A stretch of DNA of 64,000 bases from Dehalococcoidia bacterium. GTDB lineage: Bacteria > Chloroflexota > Dehalococcoidia > Lucifugimonadales > Australimonadaceae. The stretch is from contig OZ244813.1 in NCBI GenBank assembly GCA_965220225.1, positions 1,891,385 through 1,955,384 on the forward strand, read 5' to 3'. Made by a program: the position numbers and the translations under genes. Position 1 is the stretch's first letter. Each line of letters starts with the position of its first letter. Shown here in pieces: positions 20,033-28,903 of the stretch. Under the pieces are notes generated by a model. The model was not told the origin of the DNA. It ran no database searches and saw nothing but the letters and a program-made list of their open reading frames with translations.

Positions 20033-20280
20033 GGCGCCGCACGCGCACCACGGTCCGTCTCTATTGGGACGGCACGTTCCTGCTGGATGACTTCGCTGAC
20101 GACCTAGAGCGTCTGAAGGAGGAGAGCAGCCTGACATGGGACGGGCTGTACGCGCTGCTGAAACTGGACGCGCAGGTCCCGGGCTGCGTCCAGATGGTGC
20201 TGAGGACGTCGGCCATGCCGCATCCTGGACCGCTCCACCCCGTCAGGATTGCCGTCGGCACCGGCGGCGTGAACGGATAG
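20029..20280 (+). pseudogene. degenerate member of a small HTH paralog family (copy A)
   Basis: LDDFADDLERLKEESSLTWDGLYALLKLD aligns with LPDDFPERLRRLQEDSGLPWAEIARCLGTL of the intact copy at 23670. The downstream part no longer aligns in this frame. Confidence 0.35.
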
Positions 20281-20287
20281 CGGTCAC

Positions 20288-20545
20288 GGGAACGCAACGC
20301 CGGAGATACAAGCGGATTGAGTGGCCCTTTACCGACGACTTCCCGGACCGGCTGGTGCGGTTCCAGAAGGCGAGCGAGCTGTCCACGCGGGCACTTGCGG
20401 GTCTTCTGGGCGTCAGCCCCTACCGGCTGCGGCGCTGGAAGCGCTAGGGGGGGAGACGCCCCTAATCCTGCCCATCTGCTCGCTCTGCTGACCATCGCGG
20501 AGGCGACGGTGCTTCGGGACGGCGTCCTGATGTGTCCGGAGCGCG
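20288..20545 (+). pseudogene. small HTH paralog (copy B): no start codon, in-frame TAG and a +1 shift
   Basis: ..WPFTDDFPDRLVRFQKASELSTRALAGLLGVSPYRLRRWKR*GGRRP, then after skipping one nt NPAHLLALLTIAEA. This aligns with ..TVWRWRKGEVRPNTQHMMALMELAGG of copy C. The TAG is at 20445-20447, next to a G7 run. Confidence 0.5.
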
Positions 20546-20685
20546 ACTTCCCCGACGGCATCGACGTTGAGAGTCTGCGGGCGCGGATGGCCGGGGCGCG
20601 GCCGGGGTGTACAGGGGCGGGTTGGAGCGCGTCCGCCGTCGCTGCGGCCTCTTCAGCGTCACCGTTGGGAGGACGGACAGCGCCC

Positions 20686-22672
20686 TCAGGATGGCGGTGA
20701 GACGGTCAGCGTGTAGCTCCCGATGGCGCCCCACCCCGACACGGAGATGTAGAAGTCGCCTGCATACGGCGCTTCCCAGAGGGTACGCCAGGTGCGCGAT
20801 TCCCTGGATCCCTCGTTGGAGGCCAGCGCCATGCGCGTGGAGTCCAGCACGTACACGTACGAGCTGCTGAGCGTGCCGAGCTCCACGTCGACCTGGTAGA
20901 TCTCCCCTGCCTGCGCGGTGAAGCGGAAGTCATCGCCGTCGTGCTGGTGGTCGATGGACCCGTGGATGGGCGTTCCCAGGTCGATGGCTGCCGCTTCCTC
21001 GATGTTGTCGGGATAGTCGTCGCTGGTATCGGAGGGTGAGACGACCAGCGAGTAGCTGCCGACGGCCTCGTCCCACCCCGCCACGAAGATGTAGAAGTCG
21101 TCCGAGCTCGGCGCTTCCCAGAGGGTGCGCAAGGCACCGGTGTCCCCGGACTCCTCATCGGCGCCCCGCAACCTGCCGGTACCCCAAAGGAACAGCGCCG
21201 GGTCGCCCAGTGTCCCTCGCTCGATGTCAATCTGATATATCTGCCCCTCTCGTGCGGTGAAACGGAACACGTCCAAGTCGCCCACGTAGTCGATGGTTCC
21301 GTGGACGGGTGCCGCCAGGTCGATGACTGTCGAGTCCTCGGCGTCGTTGGCGTGGTCGTCGCTGATATCGGATGGTGAGACGATCAGCGAGTAGCTGCCG
21401 ACGTTGGCGTCTACCTCCGCGACGACGGCGTAGTAGTTGTCCGTGGCGGGCGCTTCCCAGACGATGCGCGATGCCCCGGTCCCCAGGAAGTCGTGGTCGG
21501 AGGCCAGGAGCCTGCCTGCTGAGTCCTGCACCTGCAGGCTCAGGGATTTCACCGTACCGGGCGCCCCGTAGATCCGATAGGTCTGCCCTCGCTGTGCCGT
21601 GAACCGGAGGATATCTACGTCGCGCGGATAGTCGATGGTTCCGTGGACGGGCGCCGCCAGGTCGATGGCGGCGGCTCTGTCGATGTGGTTGGCGTAGTCG
21701 TCGCTGATATCGGAGTGCGAGACGGTCACCGCGTAGCTGCCGGTGTAGCCCAGCCGTCCCTCGACGGCGATGTAGTAGTCGCTCGCGCTCGGCGCCTCCC
21801 AGACGATGGGCGACCCATCGGGTCGTTCGAGGATGTAGTTGGAGGCCAGACGCCCGCCGCTGAGATCCCGTACCACCATCAGCGAGTCGTCCAGGGTCCC
21901 GAGATCGATGCCGACCTGGTAGAGCTGCCCTTCCTGCGCGGTGAAGCGGAACAAGTCGATGTCGCCCACGTAGTCGACAGTTCCGGGAACGGATGTTCCG
22001 ATCTGGACGGTGGCGGCAGCCTCGATGACGTCGGGGTGGTCGTCATCCGGGTTCGCGACCGAGACGGCCAGCGTGTAGCTGCCGGTGGAGTTCGCCCGAT
22101 AGTCGGTCACCGTGATGTAGAAGTCACCCGAGCGCGGCGCCTTCCAGACGATAGGTGATGCGGGCGGACCTCCGTAGCTGACGTAGTTGCCTTCGGAAGC
22201 GAGGAACTGACGGCTGGCGTCCCACAGTTCCAGGAACGAGCTGCTCAGCGTGCCGAGTTCCGCATCGATCCGATAGATCTGCCCTTCCTGTGCGGCGAAG
22301 CGGAAGGCATCGGCATCGTCATAGTAGTCGATGGCTCCGTGGACGGGCGTGCCTACGTCGATGGCGGCGGCGAACTCGATGGCGTCAGGGTAGTCGTCGA
22401 CGGCGGGTGAGACGGTCAGCGTATAGCTGCCGCGCGAGTCCCACCCTGTCGCCGTGAGGTAGTAGCGGCCCGTGCTCGGCGCCTTCCAGATGATCCGATG
22501 CACCGGGGAGTCGCGGAGGTCGTTGCCGGAAGCCAGCTCCCGGCCATCGGAACTCAGCAACGAGAGGTAGACGTAGTTCAGCGTGCCAAGAGGGCGATGA
22601 TGTCGTGGCGCAGCTGCACGCCGAGCACTGCTCTGGAAAGCATCCGTGGAATCGAACGGAAGCCTGCGTCAC
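20686..22672 (-). pseudogene. 5'-truncated protein of six-plus pre-peptidase C-terminal (PPC)-like repeats
   Basis: The ~100-aa repeats end in ..GSYTLTVSP / GSYSLIVSP, each with D-x-F-R-F-x-A-x-x-G-Q-x-Y and LGTL motifs. The repeat frame continues upstream of the track start to a TGA at ~22672 (..PFDSTDAFQSS..LGTLNYVYLSLL). There is no signal peptide or plausible start. Confidence 0.6.
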
Positions 22673-22792
22673 TTGCTGAAGCGATACTTCGGGTACGATG
22701 ACTTCTGGCCTTTGCAGGAAGCCACAATCTCCAATGCCATTGCCTGCCGGAATGGATTGGTCGCCATGCCTAGCAGCGGTGGCAGTCCATGA
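22664..22792 (+). pseudogene. RecQ helicase N-terminal stub (~42 codons)
   Basis: SLRHLLKRYFGYDDFWPLQEATISNAIACRNGLVAMPSSGGSP* matches the RecQ start (..FGY..FRPGQ..I..vl.GRD.LvvMPTGGGKS). The Walker A is degenerate and the frame stops immediately after it. Confidence 0.65.
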
Positions 22793-23070
22793 GCTCCTCC
22801 TGGCGTATGCCGAGCCTGTCGAGGGCTGCGAAGTAGACGTTCCTGTTGAGAAACCGCTTCTGCTGCTCGTGCTTGGCCGGCTTGGTCGTGTGCGCCTGCA
22901 CGCTCATGCTAATCGCCTAGGGCGGGCTGCAGGCAGGCTTCTTGCCAGCTGTGGGCGCCGCGTTGTGCGGCCTACACATTACGCATGGCCGCGGTGACTG
23001 TGACCCGTCGAGCGGTGGTAGGCTTCTCACCTTTAATCGGCAGCGGATTCCGCTACGCGTGCTTATGGGT

Positions 23071-23283
23071 CTACGACTCTTCCTTGATGGCCGTCTGCAG
23101 CAACGTCCGGGCGTGGCGCACGGCGTCGTGCTGTTGGGCGAGTCGGTCGATGAGTCGCTGCAGCTGAGCCCGCAGTTTGCTTGAGGGCGGTGCTGCCTTC
23201 GACTGCTGCTGATAGCGGTGGCGCTGAAGGTCAATCTCATCCTCGAGGTCGCGGAGTATCTCGACGGCTTGTGGTGTGTCCAT
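23071..23283 (-). CDS. small coiled-coil protein (70 aa), hypothetical
   Basis: AAGGAG 7 nt before the ATG. Heptad-like, charged sequence. Confidence 0.55.
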   Translation of the reverse strand: MDTPQAVEILRDLEDEIDLQRHRYQQQSKAAPPSSKLRAQLQRLIDRLAQQHDAVRHARTLLQTAIKEES

Positions 23284-23669
23284 GGTGGAGCTCCTTACAT
23301 CGGGGGCAGTCGTCTGGCTGTGCTTGGCGTATATTCCTCATGATAGACTCTCCACTGTGGCGGCTGCATCAGTCCAGTTGGCGCCTTGACGACCTGACGT
23401 GGACGGAAGCGGGCTGCCCATCCGAAGCGCCATCCTGACAGGAACAACGGGATATGAGACTTGTTGGCGGTAGAGCGGTTCGAGGTTTTTGGGGGACAGC
23501 TCGGACTCCATAGCGAAGGGTGAGCTGGTGTTGGTATTCGAGCGGGTTGAGCAGTAGCCACGTTCCCCTGTTTTCAGGCGCGTCTTGTGGCTATGTCGCC
23601 AAGCCCTACATACAAAGATGGCCAAGGCCACGAGGCGGTGTGGCTGTTCCGCTCGAACGGGGGCAGCCG

Positions 23670-23960
23670 ATGAGTCCTATGGAACGAGCCGGCGCCATGC
23701 CGAGACAGCGCATACACCACAGAAGAGACATTCATCAACTTCCAGACGACTTCCCTGAGCGGCTGAGGCGGCTCCAGGAGGATTCGGGCCTGCCGTGGGC
23801 CGAGATCGCCCGCTGCCTTGGCACTCTTCCCCACACGGTATGGCGCTGGCGGAAAGGAGAGGTGCGGCCCAATACACAGCACATGATGGCACTCATGGAG
23901 TTGGCTGGTGGCCTGGGGTTCGGCCATATACTCACCGACCCGCCTCGACACCCCGATTGA
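23670..23960 (+). CDS. small XRE-like HTH protein (96 aa), the intact member (copy C) of the island paralog family
   Basis: MSPMERAGAMPRQRIHHRRDIHQLPDDFPERLRRLQEDSGLPWAEIARCLGTLPHTVWRWRKGEVRPNTQHMMALMELAGG... has the helix-turn-helix pattern (..L..SGL....IA..LG.....V.RW..G...P). The longer track ORF starts upstream in non-coding-looking sequence. Confidence 0.65.
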   Translation: MSPMERAGAMPRQRIHHRRDIHQLPDDFPERLRRLQEDSGLPWAEIARCLGTLPHTVWRWRKGEVRPNTQHMMALMELAGGLGFGHILTDPPRHPD

Positions 23961-24217
23961 CTGAAAGGCACATGGGAGCTGCTCTCGGAGTGGAGACGGG
24001 GCGAAGCGCCTCCTCGGTTGACCCCGTTTCCCTGCCTGTACCTGACAAACACCCCTTGACTCCGTCCATTGGTGCCGGCCACGCTCCCGATGAAGCGGGA
24101 CCTTGTACTGGCACTGGTTGTCCTAGTCGTCCTTACCGGCGGCGCAGCGGTTATAGTCGAGACGCTCACCTCTTCTAGGTCCAACGAAGGTATGCAGGAA
24201 AGCGCTAGAGGAGGACG

Positions 24218-24421
24218 TCAGTCCGGAGGCGCTTGGGCGGCGGGCCGAGTCGGCGTGGAAGTGCTGGCAGGAGTAGATGTGGACTCAGGTTGGTTTGGAC
24301 TGGCGGGTGCGACGACGTTCGAATCGGTTCCAAGAGCCGCCACGAGAACGATTGTGATGAGGCATAACAGCCCGATGCTCGCCACAGAGTTGGAGATGGT
24401 CAACTCACTTTCAGGGAGCAT
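24218..24421 (-). CDS. possible small membrane protein with a P/T/S-rich tail (67 aa)
   Basis: ATG 24421 preceded by AAAGAGG. TM helix IGLLCLITIVLVAALG followed by PASPNQPESTSTPASTSTPTRP. It competes with a plus-strand ORF. Confidence 0.3.
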   Translation of the reverse strand: MLPESELTISNSVASIGLLCLITIVLVAALGTDSNVVAPASPNQPESTSTPASTSTPTRPAAQAPPD

Positions 24422-24479
24422 CGCTGTTGCCTCTTTCAGAGAAGGTACAACCACCTTCCCTCTGAGGCAAGCGGAAGGT

Positions 24480-24745
24480 GAAGAAGTGCTCCTGCACTAG
24501 TCCCCACCTGTGTTGCGCGCTCCCTCCGGGACAGGAACACAGCCTCCTGCCGGTTGGATGTGGAGTGCGGCAGGGCGGCTCTGTCGCTTGCTGGGCTACT
24601 GGGCTACGGCATCGAAGGGATGGACTCACTGAAGGGCCGCTTCATGTCCGTTCAGTGTCGGGGACGATCACGCATGCGGGGTGCGCGCGAGGACGGCTAC
24701 ATCGTATACTGGGGAAATCTCGCAATATGGGTTATTCCCGCATAG
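24480..24745 (+). pseudogene. fragment of an RCC1-like repeat protein, frameshifted
   Basis: Two frames together read ..CGVRQGGSVACWATG...VSGTITHA / GAREDGYIVYWGN.., resembling the H-x-C-G-x-R-x-D-G-S-V-x-C-W-G repeat. No start and several disruptions. Confidence 0.35.
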
Positions 24746-24790
24746 TGACATGCCTGAGAGTCCTCAGAGCACTATAGGAGGATTTCATCT

Positions 24791-25642
24791 GTGACCAAGA
24801 TTGTGTGTTGGAATATCGCCAAGCGCTCGCAACCATGGGACCAGCTCCTGCGGATGGACGCAGACGTTGCGCTGCTGCAAGAAGCCAATTTCAAGGACGT
24901 TCCGGCTTCTGTCAGAGCGAGCCGCTGCCTGCCTCAAACCAACTATGGATATGACCGCTGGCCGCTGGTTGTACAGCTGTCCAATAACGTGCAGGTTGAA
25001 TGGCTCAAGCCGGTCAACGCCGCGCAAGTCAGCATCGAACCTGATGAGATTGCGGTAAGTGACTCTAACACCATCGCAGCCGCACGGGTGACGCCCCTGC
25101 CTGATGGTGAACCATTCGTGGTGTTCTCGATATACGCCCGTTGGATCAAACCGGTGGTCAAGACCTCATGGTGGGCAGGCTACGCCGACGCATCGGCACA
25201 TCGGATCATCTCTGACCTCTCTGCATTCATTGGCGACGTGAATCCGGCATCACACCGCATCCTCGCTGCAGGCGACCTCAACACCATCTACCAGGAAACA
25301 ATCTATTCCCTCCAACCGCGTGATACGACGGTATTCGACCGAATGGAGGCGCTTGGGCTTGAGTTCATCGGGCCGCGTTGGCCGAATGCCGACAGGAGGG
25401 CGGACCCTGTGCCGAGGGGATTGCCGCAGGGTAGCGAGAACGTTCCCACCTACCTTTCTGCTCAGCAACTGAGACGCATGCGCAACGATGATATCCTCAC
25501 GGGCCACCAACTGGATTACGTGTTCGCATCGAAGGGGTTCGGCCAGAGCATCAGCGTCCATGCCATGAACGCCCCTGAACGATGGGGTTCAAGCGACCAT
25601 TGCCGCGTAGTCATCGATGTGCAGAATCGGGCAGCACGATGA
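24791..25642 (+). CDS. endonuclease/exonuclease/phosphatase (EEP) family protein
   Basis: GTG start with AGGAGG 8 nt upstream. KIVCWNI...DADVALLQE N-terminal motif and C-terminal GSSDHCRVVIDV, typical of the EEP fold. Confidence 0.85.
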   Translation: MTKIVCWNIAKRSQPWDQLLRMDADVALLQEANFKDVPASVRASRCLPQTNYGYDRWPLVVQLSNNVQVEWLKPVNAAQVSIEPDEIAVSDSNTIAAARVTPLPDGEPFVVFSIYARWIKPVVKTSWWAGYADASAHRIISDLSAFIGDVNPASHRILAAGDLNTIYQETIYSLQPRDTTVFDRMEALGLEFIGPRWPNADRRADPVPRGLPQGSENVPTYLSAQQLRRMRNDDILTGHQLDYVFASKGFGQSISVHAMNAPERWGSSDHCRVVIDVQNRAAR

Positions 25643-25766
25643 GCCGGTCCGGGTAGTGGGCGTTGAGTTCCAGCGGTTCCAGGAGTCGAACGCGCGATTG
25701 GTGTCCGCGTTAGGGAGTTGGCCGTCGCTGCGTCCTACAAGAGGAGCAGATTGGAAGGATTCGGCG

Positions 25767-26206
25767 ATGATGAGAGGGATAGTCGCGCTCAGCCTGTCGG
25801 TGCTTGCTCTCGCGGGGTGCTCCGCCCCTGTACCGACCGCGACGCCTACGGCTACACCGCGCCCGACGCCGACCGCGACAGCCACCCCGACTGCGACGCC
25901 AACGGCCACGCCGCGCTCGACGCTCCCAGCGCGCACGGACTTCGAGTACGCATAGAGATTGCGATAGGAGTAGAATACAAGCAGACCAAGCCTGTCATCC
26001 GCAAATGGCTCGTGGACCCGACCATTGCGGTAAACGGCGCTCCATCGGACGGCGACATGGCGGAGTTGCGCGATGTCATCGCGGATCTGAACGCATTGAC
26101 AGGGTTGGAGATAACCGTCGTGTAGGCGACGGCGAGCATTGATGTGCACTTCGTCCCGAGCAGAGAGTTCTCAGCCGTGTACGACCAGAACATCCCAAGA
26201 TTCTAG
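25767..26206 (+). pseudogene. lipoprotein with a P/T linker, disrupted by one frameshift and in-frame TAG codons; the body resembles DUF2927-type lipoproteins (from memory)
   Basis: MMRGIVALSLSVLALAGC (lipobox) + SAPVPTATPTATPRPTPTATATPTATPTATP.. stops at 25953. The next frame reads ..KPVIRKWLVDPTIAVNGAPSDGDMAELRDVIADLNALTGLEITVV*ATASIDVHFVPSREFSAVYDQNIPRF*, with TAGs at 26123 and 26204. Confidence 0.5.
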
Positions 26207-26253
26207 GCATCGGATGGACAAATAGCAGGACACTGAAGGCAAGGAACGCGGCT

Positions 26254-27060
26254 TTGAGCAAGACCCGTGGAGCAAAGAGCTACTACGCCAAGGTTACCCT
26301 CGGAGCCATGGCTGGCTTCGCGGTGTTGGCAGTGGTCACCGGCGTGGTCTCCGCCCGTTCAGGGATTCCCGGTGTGGCGGCAGAAGCCTATCTGCGCCGC
26401 GGCATGATTCGCCTTGAGTCCGGCCGCGTGGAAGGGGCCTACGACGACTACTGCGAGGCGATCCGCATCGATGCGTCGCTGTCCGAGAAGCCCGAACTTC
26501 TCGGCGAGGCCTATGCGAAGCGAGGGCTCATCTTCATGCTCGCCGAGGACTACTCGCACGCGCTGGACGACTTCGCGGTTGCGCTGGAGCGGAACCCTGC
26601 CGATGCGGGCGTGCGCGGGCACATCTACGAGGAGGCCATCGAGCAGTTGGACGTCGCCATCGAACTGCAGCCCTCGGAGGTGGCGCACTACCGCAATCGC
26701 GGCGGGGCAAGGCTCGGAGCGGGCCAGTACCAGGAGGCGGTCAGCGACCTGACGACGGCGATCGAGATGGGACCGTCTGACGGATCGGCGTTCGCCAACA
26801 GGGCAAACGCGCGGAGACATCTGGGCGACCTCGATGGCGCGCTGGAGGACTACAACAGCGGGCTGGACATCGAACCCACCGATGCCGTGGCCTACGCTGG
26901 GCGCGCGATTGTGCTCAGGAGGCTCGGCAGAGATGACGAGTCGAGCCGTGACGTCCAACTCGCCGTCGAGAACGGCTATGACCGGGCCCTGTTGATGCAG
27001 GTGTTCGAAGAAGGAGACAAGGACAACGTGCAGTGGCTTGAGCGAAGCGAGGATGATTAA
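26254..27060 (+). CDS. membrane-anchored TPR-repeat protein
   Basis: TTG start. N-terminal TM helix (VTLGAMAGFAVLAVVTGVV) followed by about five 34-aa TPR-like units (..AYLRRGMIRLESGRVEGAYDDYCEAIRIDAS.. and others). Confidence 0.8.
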   Translation: MSKTRGAKSYYAKVTLGAMAGFAVLAVVTGVVSARSGIPGVAAEAYLRRGMIRLESGRVEGAYDDYCEAIRIDASLSEKPELLGEAYAKRGLIFMLAEDYSHALDDFAVALERNPADAGVRGHIYEEAIEQLDVAIELQPSEVAHYRNRGGARLGAGQYQEAVSDLTTAIEMGPSDGSAFANRANARRHLGDLDGALEDYNSGLDIEPTDAVAYAGRAIVLRRLGRDDESSRDVQLAVENGYDRALLMQVFEEGDKDNVQWLERSEDD

Positions 27061-27147
27061 CAGGCGAGTGATCGACATCGAGGCCGCTGACGCAGGTAGA
27101 GAGAACGGGCCGGAGGATCGCCGGAGGGCATCACCGACCTAGCCAGG

Positions 27148-28092
27148 TCAGCAAGCCTCACGCACCGGCCCAACAGCAGCATCGTAGCCAGCCACGCCCA
27201 CGCTGAACTCAACAGCACCGCCGCCCGCGGAGTGATCGCGGAGCGCGAACTCGAAGACCTGAGCGCCAGCATCGAGACTCGCGAAGATATCGTCACGCTG
27301 ACGCGCCGGCGCGAACGCCAGACCACCAACGAGCGCCGAGTCCCACATCCGCCGAGGTCGCCAAGCACCATCTACCGCATATGCCACCGAGACTGTGCCC
27401 GGACTTCCACTTGGCGCATGCCAGGCGAGCGCCAACTCCATCGACAAACCATCGAGGAACAGAGTGGGCTCGCAGCGGACGGAGATTGAACCGCCGCCCG
27501 GTCCGCGATCGTCACCATGAGCAACGATATAGGGCGGATGATTATCAGCGAGCTCCCACGTCACCTGCAGCTCATCCCACGTCCGCCAATCACTGGACGG
27601 ATCCTCACATGCAATCACCGCGACACAGATCAGGAGCAGCAGGAATAGTAGCACCACCGTAGCCGGGACCAGGCCGCAGCCGCTAGCTCGCCGGGCGCGA
27701 GCTGCAGTGAAGTGCTCGTGGTAGATGGCGCGCACCGCCCGAGGTGCCCTCGTGCAACGAGTCTCCCTTGTAAAGACCTGCTGCGGAATGGGAGGCGAGG
27801 GTATGCTGCCATCGGTAGGTAACACTCGCTTGTAACGCCTCCGAAGTTCCTCGTCGGACTGGATGCCCTTGCGCATGTTGCAGCTGGTGCAGAGCAGTTG
27901 TAAGTTATCGACGTCGTCACTGCCACCTCGACTAACGGGGTGCTTGTGGTCAATCTCCAAGTAGTCGATACGATGGGCGCGGCCGCAATAAGCGCACCGT
28001 CCTTTCTGATTCTGGAAAAGCCCAGTCTTCACACCGCGAGGAATAACCCCTCGGCGCCTGCCCGCATTGTTGCGCTTACGACCCCAGCGCAT
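27148..28092 (-). CDS. HNH endonuclease fused in frame to a lipoprotein-like signal and a ~150-aa uncharacterised C-terminal domain
   Basis: N-terminus CAYCGRAHRIDYLEIDHKHPVSRGGSDDVDNLQLLCTSCNMRKG (HNH). Mid-protein ARARRASGCGLVPATVVLLFLLLLICVAVIAC|EDPSS looks like a signal peptide plus lipobox. An in-frame GTG at 27735 could start a separate 195-aa lipoprotein. Confidence 0.8.
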   Translation of the reverse strand: MRWGRKRNNAGRRRGVIPRGVKTGLFQNQKGRCAYCGRAHRIDYLEIDHKHPVSRGGSDDVDNLQLLCTSCNMRKGIQSDEELRRRYKRVLPTDGSIPSPPIPQQVFTRETRCTRAPRAVRAIYHEHFTAARARRASGCGLVPATVVLLFLLLLICVAVIACEDPSSDWRTWDELQVTWELADNHPPYIVAHGDDRGPGGGSISVRCEPTLFLDGLSMELALAWHAPSGSPGTVSVAYAVDGAWRPRRMWDSALVGGLAFAPARQRDDIFASLDAGAQVFEFALRDHSAGGGAVEFSVGVAGYDAAVGPVREAC

Positions 28093-28151
28093 AACTCATC
28101 CTCACTGCACCGCAAAAAACCACCGTTCCTAAAGTCCATCACACGCGGCGT

Positions 28152-28337
28152 TCATCGCCTCCCACCAAAATCCCGACCCAACTGCCAACGATACGCCCGA
28201 CAGTACACAACCGCTAGGACCACCTCGACTGCGAAGCGGATAGCGATCGAGATCGCAGGAGCAGAGAGTAGCATGACCGCGTCGACCACCGCAAATGTTG
28301 CTGTGATCAGACAGAATAGCAGCCAGACGTACCTCAC
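28152..28337 (-). CDS. small membrane protein (61 aa)
   Basis: GTG start overlapping the stop of the upstream mini-gene (GTGA). Two hydrophobic helices. Confidence 0.5.
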   Translation of the reverse strand: MRYVWLLFCLITATFAVVDAVMLLSAPAISIAIRFAVEVVLAVVYCRAYRWQLGRDFGGRR

Positions 28338-28441
28338 TTCCCCGGCCTGAACGAATAAAGAACAGTATCCATCTCTTCAAACGCGAACAACAAAATTGGG
28401 AATGGACGCCCGATGAGTAGCAGCAGGAGAACCCACTTCAT
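28334..28441 (-). CDS. mini membrane protein (35 aa)
   Basis: ATG 28441 preceded by AGGAGGG at 6 nt. MKWVLLLLLIGRPFPILLFAFEEMDTVLYSFRPGK. Confidence 0.45.
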   Translation of the reverse strand: MKWVLLLLLIGRPFPILLFAFEEMDTVLYSFRPGK

Positions 28442-28690
28442 GAGGAACCCTCCTGTCGCATGGGCCGAAGGCTTTGCAGTGACGCTCCGTGTACCATGTG
28501 AACAACAGGAGGGCGCGGGGCCTTCCTGTCCCATGCTCGGGGGTCACATCTGTCTCCATGTACATCGAGCGTCACTGCGGCGGGGAGACTACAGCTGGAT
28601 GCGTGCAGCTGCAACCAGTAGGCGAGGCAGCAGCCCATTGAACTATAGTACACTTGCCAAGAGGGACCACCGCTCGGGAGGAACTGAAAG

Positions 28691-28903
28691 ATGACCACGA
28701 GGCATATCGAGAACCGGCTGGCTGAGATAGACAACCTGCTGGCAGATGCGATTCGTGACAGCGCAGAGCGGCATCACGAGATAGCCACTGCCACCGGATT
28801 GCTTGCCACGATCACCGAACGGCACAACGCCCATCGGCAGCAACTCGCTGCCATCCAAGAGGCAGTCCAAGCACTCCGCGAGGCTATCCGCGAACCCGCC
28901 TAG
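28691..28903 (+). CDS. small coiled-coil protein (70 aa), hypothetical
   Basis: GGAGG RBS. Alpha-helical, heptad-like sequence. Ends 5 nt before the transposase stop. Confidence 0.55.
   Translation: MTTRHIENRLAEIDNLLADAIRDSAERHHEIATATGLLATITERHNAHRQQLAAIQEAVQALREAIREPA

Noticed and set aside
22630-22665. TTCGATTCC T-loop-like string on the minus strand, considered as a hidden tRNA or suppressor tRNA.
   Set aside because: The flanking bases cannot form a 5-bp T-stem or an acceptor stem. The string belongs to the decayed PPC repeat frame.
28150-28175. CTCCCACCAAAA resembling the tRNA-Ala 3' end (CTCCACCAAAC), as a candidate internal att remnant.
   Set aside because: The alignment needs an indel and does not extend beyond about 10 nt.
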